A DNA stretch of 64,000 bases from Phoronis australis (Eukaryota; Animalia; Phoronida): NCBI GenBank assembly GCA_002633005.1, contig NMRA01000274.1, positions 200,153 through 264,152 of the forward strand, read 5' to 3'. The translations under genes were made by a program, and so were the position numbers. The notes under the pieces were generated by a model. It was not told the DNA's origin, made no database searches, and saw nothing but the letters and a program-made list of their open reading frames with translations. Positions 9,601-22,050 of this stretch are shown here, in pieces. Numbering within the stretch: position 1 is the first letter of the stretch; each line of letters begins with the position of its first letter.

Positions 9601-11697
9601 CACACTGTTTCCTCAGAAGTCATACTGTGCAATTTTTCTTACACCTGAACTTTGATGACCTTCAAATTGTGCAGTGCGTGTAGCAGCGCCAGTCCAAACA
9701 TGACATGTGATTATGTGTTACCACATGTAAAGTCTATAGAAACACTTACTTTACTAAATTAATAAAATTCACAAAACTTCAGAATAGTCGTTCTATAATA
9801 ACAGCTGTCAGATTGAATAAGTTTCAAACGGATTGGTAAAGAGAGCATGAAATCAAAAACATTTTATGAGTCAAAATGTCCAGTCTCAGCGTCAGTATAC
9901 TTATTTATAAGAGTACCGTAGCATAATAAACTAAAGGACAAAAGTACTGGCTCAGACATCATCAACAGAGTATTCAATGTATGTTACCTACTGTAACTAT
10001 GTTCATGACTACGACACTTAGTTCAATAAGTGAACATTGTGTCTATTTTTGGTGAGTTAGGCAGTACACTGAATGAAACATATGATGTAGAATTTAAAAG
10101 CGTGTCCTTCAAATTTGAACTGAGATATTTTTACCAAACATGCAAACATGCATGCAGGTAGACTTTAGGCCGAATGTGGCGCGATTATTGAACCATGACT
10201 TCGTTTCACCTTCTGGGGTGAATCCCCTCGTTTTCAGTTTTTAATGTGGCATGACCTAACTAGTGATGTACAGGACATTAAAATATCTAACTTTCCAATG
10301 GACAAATGTGAATCAACCTGCATAGTCCCTTCAACAAAGCCGCTGATTACGAACTAACAATCACAGGGGAGAGGAACTACACCTACCCTTTGTTTCCTTG
10401 ACGTATGGCTTGTTCTGTTCCCAATCTTTTTCTTCACGGGCTTTTTTCTCTAGGAAAGCCAACAACTTCTCGCGTTCATATGGGCCGGTGGGTGCCTTTG
10501 AGGTCTGGTCTTTCATACGATGAGATGGGGGTAGAGAAGAATTCTGTAAACGCAGACATCAGGTGTTGATAAGAATACAGACTAAATTTACAACAACTGG
10601 GTGAAAGATTCACAGAGACACCTAGTGGTGATTTTATTAAAGATACCGAACTAACTTCTAATAAAGAGTTCCATTACTCTATACTACTGCATTATAACAG
10701 CTGCGTTTCCATGTATTTTGAAATCCCGGAAAGATTTCAAGAAAAAATAAAGCTCATGTCCCCAACGATTGCTGTCGAATGCTAGAATATTGGTATTTTG
10801 TCGCTCCAATTGGTGGTCATTGACACTGCTATTCTTCTTCATAGAGTAAACAAACTGTGATAACTCACAAATGAAATTTCCCAATATTTGTCCAGGTAAT
10901 ACCTGGTAAACTGTGTCCCAACGCAAACATTTTTCTACTTAAAATTCTAAGGGGAAAAATAACGGGATTTCTTCAATTCAGAACTGACTGGCATTACTGT
11001 CTACACTGTAGTCAGGAACATGATTGTCCATTTAACTGAACCTAGTTTCCCATTAACAAATTCCAATCTTACAACAATGACAAAGGGTATAACATAGGAA
11101 TTTCCTGCAGGGGAACAATAAATTTGTATAATAGTTGCCCTCAAGATACCTGCATAATTGGAGCAGCAATAATTACTCCAGTCATGCCCCAGGATTGCTA
11201 ACACACAGGAATTAGAAGTGGCGCAAGTTACCCTACCTCGTTAAGGTGTAGTAAGTTGTCCCAAGTGAGGTAAGTTGCACTAGTTCAAACAGGGTTCACA
11301 CGGCCATCAAACCAAGCAACAACTCATTCCAGGAAAAACTCGTTCTAGGATAAGTCTGCGTGCGGTCGGCACTATAATGTCTAGGGCTGTAAGGACATGC
11401 TAAGACAACTACAGTAACTAAAACCCATAATGTCCGAAAGTAAGAAAACAAAAACAAGAAGAGCACGTAAAACCAATGGAATTTACATGCAAAAACCAAA
11501 CGTTTTGTCAACAAGAGACTTCGTTATTAGATTGCTATAATGTCAATTGTCAAGAGCAAAACACAGCTTACGTCCGGATCCACATCGTTATTAAGCTCTT
11601 CAAGCTCTTCAGGTGACAACTTGGCTAGCAATTCATCCAGGTCGATGTCTTCAAATGTCTTCAGCTGCTTCGCCCATGGCGCTTCTGTAGCAGTCAT
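507..11697 (-). CDS. TMOD: Tropomodulin (pointed-end actin capping protein), multi-exon, 3'-partial. Coding exons 11572-11697, 10387-10543, 7808-7924, [5701-5787 or 5544-5633], 3887-4017, 1333-1440, 507-650
   Basis: Spliced translation gives MTATEAPWAKQLKTFEDIDLDELLAKLSPEELEELNNDVDPD-NSSLPPSHRMKDQTSKAPTGPYEREKLLAFLEK...EASEEDLVELAAILG...DEPPNDTDV...ELNLNNIKNISIERL...LAEALKENKTLKTLVLDSNFISGEAIV...ELSLANQ, which has tropomodulin N-terminal and LRR motifs. All junctions are GT-AG with matching phases. Confidence 0.95.
1333..1440 (-). CDS. TMOD: TMOD coding exon 6
   Basis: cttgcag|NISIERLCLIADTLKTNTNLTALHMANTAASDRVVK|gtaagg; LRR. Confidence 0.92.
1640..1858. mobile_element. Possible old MITE
   Basis: Imperfect terminal inverted repeats CAGTTTGGGACATAA ... 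TTTTGTCCCAAATTG. Confidence 0.3.
2507..2594. repeat. 28-bp tandem repeat x3.1
   Basis: Unit ACAGACTGAGCCCGTGGGCCAGTGCTCA, head-to-tail, no spacers. Confidence 0.9.
3459..3540. repeat. About 30-bp imperfect inverted repeat (hairpin or mini-MITE)
   Basis: ACAGGGGTTCTACATTTTAAGAACCAGTTT vs reverse complement of the right arm ACAGGGGTCCCAGATTTTGAGAACTAATTT. Confidence 0.65.
3887..4017 (-). CDS. TMOD: TMOD coding exon 5
   Basis: attttag|AAKAQLIKSLPDEPPNDTDVGEALDKLKDNDSKLTELNLNNIK|gtaatc; start of LRR domain. Confidence 0.93.
4573..5008 (+). mobile_element. Old, longer relative of the MITE at 14555-14712
   Basis: Left end TACCATATTGGTCAGAGTTACTGCCC, internal GGGCGTTAACCTGAACA and right end CTGAACACGGGAGTGAACCCTGGCGAGTATGTTA align by eye to the ends of the 14555 element. 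Confidence 0.55.
5544..5633 (-). CDS. TMOD: TMOD coding exon 4B (duplicated exon)
   Basis: ttattttcag|(A)SLGFIGIVNQVQYHNAFLLDEHSRAGGFH|gtgagt; 90 nt, phase 1-1, consensus donor. Confidence 0.85.
5701..5787 (-). CDS. TMOD: TMOD coding exon 4A (duplicated exon; in frame only with donor at 5700)
   Basis: Strong acceptor ttccttcttcttcgcag|(A)ILGFTGIMNQVQYHNAFMLDQPHRRFPR|gtagtt. The donor homologous to 4B (intron starting 5702) would give 85 nt, out of frame. Confidence 0.6.
6709..7240 (+). mobile_element. Non-autonomous DNA transposon, Kolobok-like (TTAA TSD, GG...CC termini)
   Basis: TTAA|GGTTATATAGGACT ... AGTCCTATATAACC|TTAA: perfect 14-bp TIRs and TTAA on both sides; 532 bp. Confidence 0.8.
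7808..7924 (-). CDS. TMOD: TMOD coding exon 3
   Basis: ttgccag|(G)KVWRPKEPPKPTQEEEEISTDWDDVLGEASEEDLVELA|gtaact; 117 nt, phase 1-1. Confidence 0.92.
9449..9615 (-). mobile_element. tRNA-derived SINE, copy 1
   Basis: Minus strand shows A box TGGCTCAGTGG and B box GGTTCGAATCC; body alignable to 38833-39002. Confidence 0.8.
10387..10543 (-). CDS. TMOD: TMOD coding exon 2
   Basis: tttacag|NSSLPPSHRMKDQTSKAPTGPYEREKLLAFLEKKAREEKDWEQNKPYVKETK|gtaggt; 157 nt, phase 0 to 1. Confidence 0.93.
11572..11697 (-). CDS. TMOD: TMOD first coding exon (exon starts 11704; ATG 11697)
   Basis: Acceptor cttcctccag|tgccattATG; FEDIDLDELLAKLSPEELEEL..DPD; donor GAC|gtaagc. Confidence 0.93.
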
Positions 11698-14554
11698 AAT
11701 GGCACTGGAGGAAGGAAAGAAGACAATAGAAGACAAGTCTTGATGAAGTAAAGCAAGTATGTGCAGATGGTGCCCTGAATGTAAATGTGTGTGTTTTGAA
11801 TTGCGGACTTTTTCAGCTCATAAAGTTCATCAATCTCATAATTGTTTCATAGCAATGATGTAATAATGATTTGCTTTAGTAAAAAATAAGCAATTTTCAG
11901 CAAAGTCGAGACTAGATAAAGTATTTCGCCCGACGATGGTGAAACTTGTCAAGGTCAAGTTAACATCCAAAAACTTCACTAATTAATAAAAATGAAAGCT
12001 AATTTGAGGTAAACATTCTCTCCGCAAAACTTGCTAATTTTCTCAGCTTGTGTGTCCTTTATTTTTCTCCCAATTTTCCTCTGATCAAAAACACGGTCAT
12101 ATTTCGTACCCTCACAAAAAATCAGAAACACTTAAGACGGTAACTTTTACTGTGCTGCAAAATGATATTCACTACATGCACACTATGAAGATGCTGCAAA
12201 AAATGATCGTAGTGTATTGTTGTTTAGAACACAATGGCTCGTTTAGCATCAATTTTCACGATGTAACGTGAAAGCTCGGCGTTCAACACATACAGAACCA
12301 CTGTAGTTTGGACACAACGCCTCGTTTTCAAGCATAACACCGAATTCGTACAAGTAGTGAATACAACACAATACATTAAAGCTCAACGTCAAAGCTCCAT
12401 CACATCTAAACACAGTTTAAGTCGAGTCTGCACTACTGCAATTGTACAATTTAACACCATCACCAACACCACGTATTTCAACACCCTGTTTACGCAACAT
12501 CACCCAAAAAACGATGACACCAAAATGTGAGGACTAATTGTGCATAGTCATCCTGACAAAATCAGATCCTGATAAAGCAGAACTTAACGTGAACGTTTTG
12601 GCGCAAAATATGATTTAAGCTCAAATGTGCAGCTTAAGAGGGAAAGTGCAATCTTTTATAACAACACCATAACAAAAGGTAAACATGTGTTAAGTCACTG
12701 GAATGCTCAGTTTCTTCTTGAGTGTTTGCCCATGTCATAAGGTCAGCTCTTCCATCACTGAAGTGCCAGGCTAACTATAACTCAGTTGAACTGAACCAAA
12801 ACCAGGCCATAGGAACAACACCCACTCATAAACATAGACTGTGCCTCCCCAGGCTCATTAACTAGATAAGCTCAGTTCATGGTCAGACCAAACAGCACAC
12901 AGACTGGCAAACACAGCTTGGCGACTAACAAGCACCATGACAAACTTACAACACCCGGCTGTCGGCTGTCGGCGAATAGACCATTTGAGTCAAGCACCAC
13001 ATTCCCAGAGTTGTGTTTAAAAGTGAGTGTGGCAGCCATGTTGTTCCAACAGCCCAAAAATATTCCATCCAATCTTTTCTTAGGAAATAGCATGTATCCA
13101 TTACCCTGCTGCTGAGTAGTTGGTGGACAAGTGGACAACGCAAGCAAAATCAAAATTCTATCAGTTCCTGTCTGTCGAGATTAACATTAGGCAACTTGAG
13201 ATTACATTTTTAGTAAGCAATGACCAACTTGGTCAAGGCGAAATGGACTTACATAACAAAATCAGTGCAAGAGCAATGAAAGATTACGACCTCAGAATTA
13301 CAGATCAATTCAACAAAAATCAGCGCCTGAGAAGAAACCCATCAGTTTTGTAGCACCCATCCTTAAAACTGAATTCAAGACAAAACAGCATGGCAAAAAT
13401 TCTCAATTAAAAGCCTGTTGATGTAAACTGTGGAACTGATAATAACCATCTGCCTTGTTTCTGCCCCAGTTTTTGCAGCTGTCTTATACTGGACAAGTGG
13501 ACGAAACTCAGTCCAAGAAACAACTGCACTGAACTTAATATCTAGAAGCCAAGCACTTCAGATGAATATTTTTGGGTTCACTTATCATTTATTTTAAGTA
13601 CTGAACATGAGAGCCACACGGGCAATACAAGGTCAATAAAATCGGTGAGAAAGAAAGACAACTTCTGACTGGTAACATTTTGTTTTAAACTTTCAATGGG
13701 TGTTGCAAGCGCAATGCTGTATCTCCGAGAAACAAAATATCTCAACAAATGAACAGTACCTAGTTCAAAACAACTGCAAACTATGTTGCAAAATAAGCCT
13801 GCAAACAGATGCATGAAAATGTGCATAATTTTTTAAACCAACCCAGTTGAACAGTTATGCCACTTATGCTACTAATGAAGGCAGTCCAGAGAGATATCTG
13901 CTTTCTTCATTATGCCTATCAAAACATTTCCAGCCAGGATCAGTTCATAGCCTTAAGCCCCAAGTCTGACCTGCTCAAATACAAACTAAGTGCAGTAACT
14001 CAAAAAAGTATGTAATTTCAAACTACGATAAAAACTGGTTTCAGATGATTGAATACACCATCTTTAGCATCCCTATGAGCTCCACTTTGGACATGGCAAA
14101 TTAATGGAGACTTGAATTACTATAGTATATACACAGCTCACCTTATTTCAGATCTTGGATCATTCTTCTGCAAAATTAACAATTCTCACTTTGTTCAAAC
14201 CCCATACATGCCCCGCAGTCGGATCCAGGATGTCACAAGCGGGGAAACCACAATTTTCTACGGAAAGCGGCAGTGTAAACCCCAAAAGCATTATGCTGGC
14301 AACCTTTTTTGATCAGGTCCTGGCCCTCAGGCCTCAGGGCCACATAAATCAGATTATTAGCCCCAAATTTTACTGGTACCTTGCGTGAACAACACAAATC
14401 GAGTAACATTACCTACAAGACAGTGATCAGGTATCACAAAACGCACTGTTGTAAGGACAAAAACGGATCAAGCCAGAAATAACTAAGGGAGTCTTAGCCA
14501 TCAGGCCATCATGAATGAATATACCAGTAATTCATAAGCCAAGAAGATATAGTA

Positions 14555-14712
14555 CCGTAATCGTTCGGGTTAACGCCCTGGGCGGTTAAATTGGCGAACC
14601 CAAAAAATCGGGGAGGGCGGTTAACCGAGCAGTGGGCGGTTAAATCGGAAATCCACTTAAAGTCGGGGATGGGCGGTTAACTGAACATGGGCGTTAACCC
14701 GAACGATTACGG
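14555..14712. mobile_element. MITE, Tc1/mariner-type (TA TSD)
   Basis: TA|CCGTAATCGTTCGGGTTAACGCCC ... GGGCGTTAACCCGAACGATTACGG|TA: perfect 24-bp TIRs; four internal GGGCGGTTAA motifs. Confidence 0.88.
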
Positions 14713-14938
14713 TATTTCCCATCTAGCTGCATTTGTCCACAGCATGACTCAACCATCAATCTAAAGCTGAGTAAACCAATACAGATCAATGGAGTATATT
14801 CCAGTTCACCAACACATACCCTATAACAGCAACCTTGCTTATTTGCCAGCATGTGGGCTGTTTCACAATATAATTTTCATGTCAATCCAAACTGTTCAAT
14901 TTAAAAGATAGCGAAACAGAAGAAAGAAAATATCTCTC

Positions 14939-15397
14939 AGTTATGTATGACCTTTTAGACAAGAGAGCATATTCAATCAAATATCTACAAAACTATAGAC
15001 GTTACCTAGTATCTATTATTAATTGGGTCACGCGGTCATGTCCTATAAGTAAAATTAAGTAAACAAAAAATGTACGCTGAAAACAAAACGACGGTATCGA
15101 TAACCTGGTCAAATTTGATTTGATATAAATGTTCAAGGTGAGATCTTGGTAACGCTGTTACACTTCTCTAAAATTTGTTTTATGCGACTTTATTTTTTTT
15201 TTTGGGGGGGAACCCCGAAAATCCTATTTCCTGACAGCCCCTCTTGGAAAAATGAACCACTTTGAAAACAAATCCTGACAGTGTTTTGGAGGACAGTGCA
15301 TAAAGCATAGTATCAAACAAATCCGATCAACCATTTCTGAGATATGACGTTCCAATGTTAGCCCAATTTGGACACTTTTCTAGGGTTCTAGATAACC
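14939..15397 (-). mobile_element. Kolobok-like family copy 2
   Basis: Reverse complement starts TTAA|GGTTATCTAGAACC...ATATCTCAGAAATGGTTGATCGGATTTGT, matching 6709 onward; other end degenerate. Confidence 0.7.
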
Positions 15398-18047
15398 TTA
15401 AAGAAGCTCAGATAACATTTCATTTCCACAAAAGCTATCTGTATTCGACACTGCCTGATTCTCCGTCCTAAGCTTTCATACAACTTAGCAACATTATAGT
15501 AAACAGCTTCCTCAGGAAGGTACATCATCATTCATTCCTCCCAAAAATTAAAAGAGTTTTACCAAGCAGTCTGTTTACAGTGCCGTCACCTAGTAGTCAC
15601 TGATGAAGCTGGCAGATCAACATGGCATATGCGAGGTAAAACTCTTCATATGCGAGGTAATACTCTTCAATTTTTGGGAGGAAAAATGAAAAATATTTAA
15701 TATAGCAGCATTACATTAATTGATAAATTCTACATAATAGCAATGCATATGGTTTGCCAACCTAAGTCAGTTGGCTTTGTCATCCCAACTGAATTATGAG
15801 TACCAGAGGAGAGTTGATGCAAACTGTGAAATTCATAACCATTCAGATCATCTTCTGTAGTTATCAGACACAGAATTTATGGCAGCTTTGGTCATTGAAG
15901 TAATCGCAAAAGGAACGTTATGCAGATTTTTTCAATTCAAAGTTACATACTATATGTATGAAATGAAGTGCTTACAGTGACAGTAAAATGGTGAATACAG
16001 TGTAGCACCGATGCTAAATCCACCTATTTGCAGGGCCGAAACTGACTGTAACGAACGACAGTCTCCAAAACATCGATGTGTTGATATTGATACGAAAGAG
16101 CTTTATGACAACTTGAGAACCAAAATTTAACTGCAGGCAGGCTACAATCCATTTTATGGTACAGCAAATAATAATGGCCAACTTTTTGAGTAGTATGGCC
16201 ACATGTGAGACTTCCCTCAGCATTGTATGGTAATTTAAGGAAGGCTTAGTGACTAAAAGTCATGTTCCATAACATTTATACACAGCGGATGTTTTTTCTA
16301 TCACTTACCCAGTAGCAACGACGCCAGAGTCACTTTTGCTGGTGCTTTGCTGGTGCTTTGAATTATCCCGAAACCGATTGTTTTCGGAGTCACTTTTAAA
16401 GCCAGATGGCTAACTTAAAGGAGGGACAAGGACACCTATTGTCGTTGTGTTAATCAATTTATCACGAAAGACGAATTTAGTTTCGCAAGTGAAACAACTA
16501 ACAACTGGCAAAATAACCTCTTCGCAGACAGCAAAACTGTCTGGCTAAAATCCCATTTGTTTGCAAAGAAACTACAAGCGTTTTCTCACTCCTGAGAATC
16601 AAGTAAATGGCAGTGTCTGGGTGCCATAAAACACCCAGAAGAAACATCATGTTGCCAAGGTCTCAAGAATTTAGGGAATCTAAATATAGAGCCATAAATT
16701 GCACTTTCCGCTATTACAAGACTCCCTCAGATAACAAAGATGACATTCATTGTAGTTTATCTTTCTGGTCACAACATTTAATCCCTCCCACCTAAAAGCT
16801 GGTCTTCTTTCAGTTCACTCCTCAGTTTTAATAACATTCAACAAAAATACGCTAATTAGGCCTATCAAATCTCTGGTGGCTTTTTGACTCATAAACCCTC
16901 TAAATGTTCCTCTCAGCATGGGAAATAAAGTGTTGCCATGGTAAGTAAACATTTTTGAGACAGATTTTGTAGGGAAGAGTGCACAAATTTTGATTTTGAT
17001 TTTTCGACAGGTGAACAAGAAGATGAAATGTAGTAACAACATGAATAGAGTCTCGAAAGTTAATACAACACATGTGCTGGAATACGAAACTCCTCAACAC
17101 AAAATAACGGGAATAGAAACTACAAGGGACATTTTACCAGCTCAAGGGCCTTCCTTTTCTTTTAGACATTCAGTGCGACAGTCCACTTGTAATAACCCAA
17201 TGCACAAGCAGTTACCACCAGTTACCATATCACCTGACACATATATTATAAATTATAATGAGTCATCCTAGTGCACATAAGTCATGTCAAGTTGGTATTG
17301 ATAAAGACCAGGTACTTGAGACTATTCATTGATTTTTTTACTATAAAATGACAGTGAGAGGGTTCTACAATAGACTTACAAAACACTCACTCAAGTGTAA
17401 CAGGACAGCTAACCCGCCATCTTTGGTTCAAATGCCTTACTAATTTTGAAAAATCATTAGTTACAATAATGCTTGTTAATTAAACTAGTTTCATTTATGC
17501 TGTCTGCTTTCTGATAAGAATGAATCTTCCCTATACATTTTGAAGCCATGGTGATAGGATAAGTTCAGACCATTGAAAAAGGAACTTGCATGCCAATCCC
17601 TTATCTCTGTGATTGCTTGGCCAAATTAATTAGAAACACAGCATATAACACCGATGTGTAGCCACGATGTGACTATTAAGTAGGTTGAAAATTGCCAAAT
17701 GTTTTTAAGAACGAGTTTTGTGTCGAAAATGATCCGCCGTAAATCATTCACCGTATCTAGTAAGTATCATGACGTGGCGTTGGGAAATATTACTGCATCA
17801 AGTAGGCTATGTGAGCCCCCAAGGAACATCATTAGTTCAAAGGTCACCTCATAGCAGAATTTTTGTTTTCACATTTACAAGTTGTCAATGAATACAACTG
17901 CACTTTGTTTAGCATAGATGATGTTCCAGTAGCATTGTTGTTTAGTTCCTGCTAAACATTAACATAGTTAGGAGCATGCAAATACATCTTTAACACCCTT
18001 TAGCATAACTAGTTAGATGGCTAACTTGTAACAAACTCTCATAACAG

Positions 18048-18550
18048 CCTGTAGGACCTTTTCAACCCTACTCCTGTATTAAGCCAAATATCTACAAGAC
18101 AATACATTTTTTACTCGGTAAAAGTATATAAATAGTTTACTGCAGAATCTACTTTTGACATTTTTAACATTCTGTCGTAAACACAGTCTCGTAGTTGGGT
18201 CTTTTTGATAAATTTTACCAAAAACGAAAGGTACATCGACAGCAAAGTACAGTATCGACAACATGGCTAAATTTCATTTGATTTTAACATTCGAGATGAA
18301 ATACCGTAACAGCTTTTGAAACGATTATTTTGTTTTTATTTCCTGCAACTTTTGATTTTTTCCATAACATCATAAAAGTCCTATTTTTGTAGCCCCCCTT
18401 GCAAAAGTAGTTCTTTTTAAAGACAATTCCCAACATTAACAGCACATTGGGAGAATAGAGCACATTAAAGCATTGTGTCTAAAAATTTTATATGATCTGA
18501 TCAGCCAACTCTGAGATATGATGTGAAGGGAGCCAAATTCGTAAATAACC
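18048..18550 (-). mobile_element. Kolobok-like family copy 3 (diverged)
   Basis: Shares AAAAGTCCTATTTTT..AGCCCC and GATCAGCCAACTCTGAGATATGA..ATAACCTTA with the reverse complement of the 6709 element; left boundary approximate. Confidence 0.6.
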
Positions 18551-21500
18551 TTACGTTTCTATTAGTAGAAAGTACATGTGCACTAACACACCTCCCATAA
18601 TCTTCCATTTACGTACACACTTGGAAGGTGAGCAATATGAACAAGGATAAATAGGTCTTCATGAAATTAACGAGATTCAAATACCTAAATAACGCAATAT
18701 TGGAAACCTAAATCCAACAGTTCATATAAAAATATCTTATGGAGTCAAGTGCACTAGCCAGGTCAATGTGCGTGATTGACCTACACTGTCTGTCACTGAG
18801 CGACCTTGCATCTCTAGCAAATATTATATGGCATTCCCAAATGAGTGACCCGGAATTCAACATCTGACACAACGAGCATCGAGGACACATGAGACATGCC
18901 TGGCTTCAACAAGAACTCACAAAAATTTTTAGCTCAAGCAAGGAAATGATAAAACGATAGATGCTACGGAACCTGGGTTTAAGATAGACACTGTACTTCA
19001 AATACATGATTAAGTCCTGGCCATATCGCCTTTACTACGAAATCTGAAAAACCATTTCTTTAACGTGTAAAAGATTTGCAAACTTCACATTTTGAACACG
19101 TACTTACGCCTACACAAACTTTTTTATGATTACAGAAAAACGTCACCAGCTCAGAACATAGTATAACGTACAAATGTATATTTTTCCTCTCATTTTTTGA
19201 TAAAAAATATGTAGGCTCACTAAAATAACGTTTTGCCATATTCAAGTTCCGTACCACAGCTACCAATAGACAACGTGGCCATTCACAACAATGTTACAAG
19301 ACGTTGAAAATGATGAAAAGGGCATTTTACCCTACTTTCTTATCATGTGTCTATCGCACAGAAAAAATCTTGAGCGACTAGTGATCCTGAACACACATCA
19401 GGGTGATGGTTTGATTAGCCAATATTGACGTGGGGTACATTTATTAGGACTGAACCTCATTACAAGTGACTGGTCAACCATTAATTCTTCACAATTTGAA
19501 AAATGAAATGTGCCATTAACCGTAATTAATTGCTCAATAATGCGATTGATTGCAAATAACATGTGATAAGGAAGCCGTGGTAAATCTAACTTTTGAGACT
19601 TGCAGAATTTGACAGACTTGAAAGAACTAACTTAAACATAATGAACTGACTTTCAGAATCCTGAAATTAACAATTCCGTAACATAAAAAGCCATAAATGC
19701 AACCCTGGAGCCTCTCCTTGCCCAAATAGTGGCTGTGATGTCAACTGGTCATAATAGGTCAAATATTTTTAAAATTTTCCAATTTGGGCTGTGAAAAATT
19801 AATTATTTTACTCAAGGTCAGGCTTGTACCAAATGTTAGAGATAGGCATGTTGGCCATTCGAAATTCAAGAGTTACGATCAATGAAAAACGATCGTTCAC
19901 CTCAATGCTACATACAATAGGAACACGTGAAAGGGTTACATCACCCATGTCAGTATTTTAAAAATCAAAAAATTCAATTTCCTACTTAAATTTCGGTGAC
20001 CTAATTTTCAAAGACTGTCCCAAACTGGAGCGGAACTGTTAGGCCTGATGACGGCAAATTTGCGCGATTTTGAAATATCTTTCATAGGAGAATGTGGCTG
20101 ATATTCGGTCCCAAGATTGAGCCATCGAGGACTTGGATACAAAACCAAAACAATAATCAACACTTGCTCCTCGAGTGAAGCGTGTTGAAAAAAACTTCCC
20201 ACGTACAAAAGCATTGCCAAACAGTCTCAACTTTTTTCAGCTGTTATTAGTCAAGATAAAGTCACAAACTTGTTAGTTAAGAAGGCCAACTTTTAGGTAG
20301 TGACCTGACAATGAGCTTCAAGTCTATAAGCGAAATCAAGATCTTGGTCACCAAATAATTAAAGTTTGGCTATCTACCAAACTTCAACGTCCTCATAGGT
20401 CAAAATAACATCACAACCTTGTGGGCAATATGAACAGGTATTTGTTATTCACCCATGCGTTGGCCTAAAAATGAGCCAAATTTTACTGCTAATGCTATTC
20501 ACTGGTTTTTAAAGGTACACTACTCGACATATATTAACAATCAAGGGTGAACACAACTCCACAACTGCACCTCTAACTTCCAGTCGCAATCCTATCCCTA
20601 GAACCACGACAAGCAAATTTATACCAAAAATGCAAACAGTCCCCAGACCCATGAAACTAATATCAAGATGCAAAGCTCACTGGCGGTGGTGCATGCAAAA
20701 TCTGGGAGTCAAGCAACACACAACTGGTTCGTAACATCCGCTTTGAAGTGAAAAATAATATGATAAATTTCATTTTCACGAGTCATTCTTTGACTTTTAT
20801 AACAAAGAAAATCTGCCATTGACTTGAAAGCAGTACGCTCATGACACGCACAGTTTTTCGCAACATCTTTTGGGACTTGACAACAGCTTCACCAAAGCAA
20901 AATTTGCACAGAAATTTAGTGAAAGAAACTTACTATGAACTGTATGTAAAATTTTGAGAATCGGCGAAAAAGGAAAACTGGCCAATAGGTGGTGCTATAT
21001 TTCATGACACATATCACTTCACAAATTCAGCAGCAGAATAATGGTAGAACGGCAATCTTTTAGCAATGTTAACTAACTTAGTTGTAACTCAAGAACGAGT
21101 GCAATGCTTCATGACATTACTTTTGACCATTTTTACCCACATGGGTGCAAAGCTTTGCATATATACAGCACCACAGGCACCTTCAATCAGTCACTCGTCG
21201 CGACACTATAACATATAGTACTATAGTAGTGTAAAGTCGGGCTGCTGATGACAGTGCCAGTGCCTTCACCCTTGCACAACTGCATCCAAAGAGTCCATCT
21301 TCTCATCTACACTTTAAAGGCATACATAGTAATGTGACTGTGATAGTTTAACCAATGCTAAGCGAAACTTGGAGAAAATCTCATGTACAGGATGAAAACA
21401 AGATGTCACAGAGCTGTAAAGGGAAAACATTTATGCGTCTATGTATGGAGTATGGTACTGGCCAGCCGGTGCCCGTAATTAAATATCGTCGAAAGTTGGG

Positions 21501-21602
21501 TGGGGAATTAATCCGTGAACTTGTATTAGAAATTCAGTCCATACTTCAACTTCATGGCATTATAAAAACCGGTTGGTAAAAATAACCATTAATAACTCTC
21601 AC

Positions 21603-21720
21603 CTGTCAAATACGACGTTTTCGACGAAACTATCCACAATTTCTCAACAAAACTTTACAATTCCCATCCGCCGCAGCTTCTATTTTGATCCAAGACGTCT
21701 TCTCGAGAAATATCACAGGA
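21603..21720 (-). other. Putative non-coding first exon of TMOD (5' boundary approximate)
   Basis: CpG-containing stretch ending in minus-strand donor GACAG|gtgaga. The ATG exon has an acceptor at 11705, so an upstream exon is required. Confidence 0.45.
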
Positions 21721-21960
21721 AGCAAGTAAACGAGATTTGGCTCTTTATTTAAGAGTTAACACTCCCTTTAAAAACATAATAAAAATACTTAACTTGCTGT
21801 TTTTATAGCTTTGGTGTGGTTATAGATCGAACCAAATACTTTTGCTATATACACATAGTCTTAATATTGTCTTTTGAGTTGAAATAATTAGATTTCTGAT
21901 GAAAAAGCGTAGTTGAAACACTACCAACTGTGGATCGCTTGTTGCTAGGTGCTCAGTTTC
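21720..21960. promoter_or_regulatory. Putative bidirectional promoter TMOD/DNAH6 with partial RFX X-box-like motif GTTGCTAGG (21941-21949)
   Basis: Divergent putative first-exon donors at 21602 (-) and 22047/22051 (+). GTTGCTAGG resembles one half of the RFX X-box typical of ciliary genes; AAAATGGC (21967-21974) is YY1-like. Confidence 0.45.
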
Positions 21961-22050
21961 TGTGCCAAAATGGCTGACATAAGAGAAGAGAAGATTAACA
22001 TTCTGAATTAAGAACTGATTTTTGTGCACAGATCGTAACGACGATAGTAA
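21950..22050 (+). other. Putative 5' UTR exon 1 of DNAH6 with 13-aa uORF (21970-22011)
   Basis: Overlapping donors ATA|gtaagt (22047) and TAA|gtgagt (22051). Next acceptor ttttcag|22941 precedes ATG 22948. uORF MADIREEKINILN*. Confidence 0.5.

Noticed and set aside
9540-9612. tRNA gene (also 38835-38910)
   Set aside because: A and B boxes are present, but I see no convincing cloverleaf or poly-T terminator, and a shared 3' body follows. SINE is the better explanation.
12050-21580. Numerous 60-100 aa ORFs from the ORF track in the TMOD 5' intron
   Set aside because: No recognisable homology or splice-consistent structure; expected by chance with alternative start codons.
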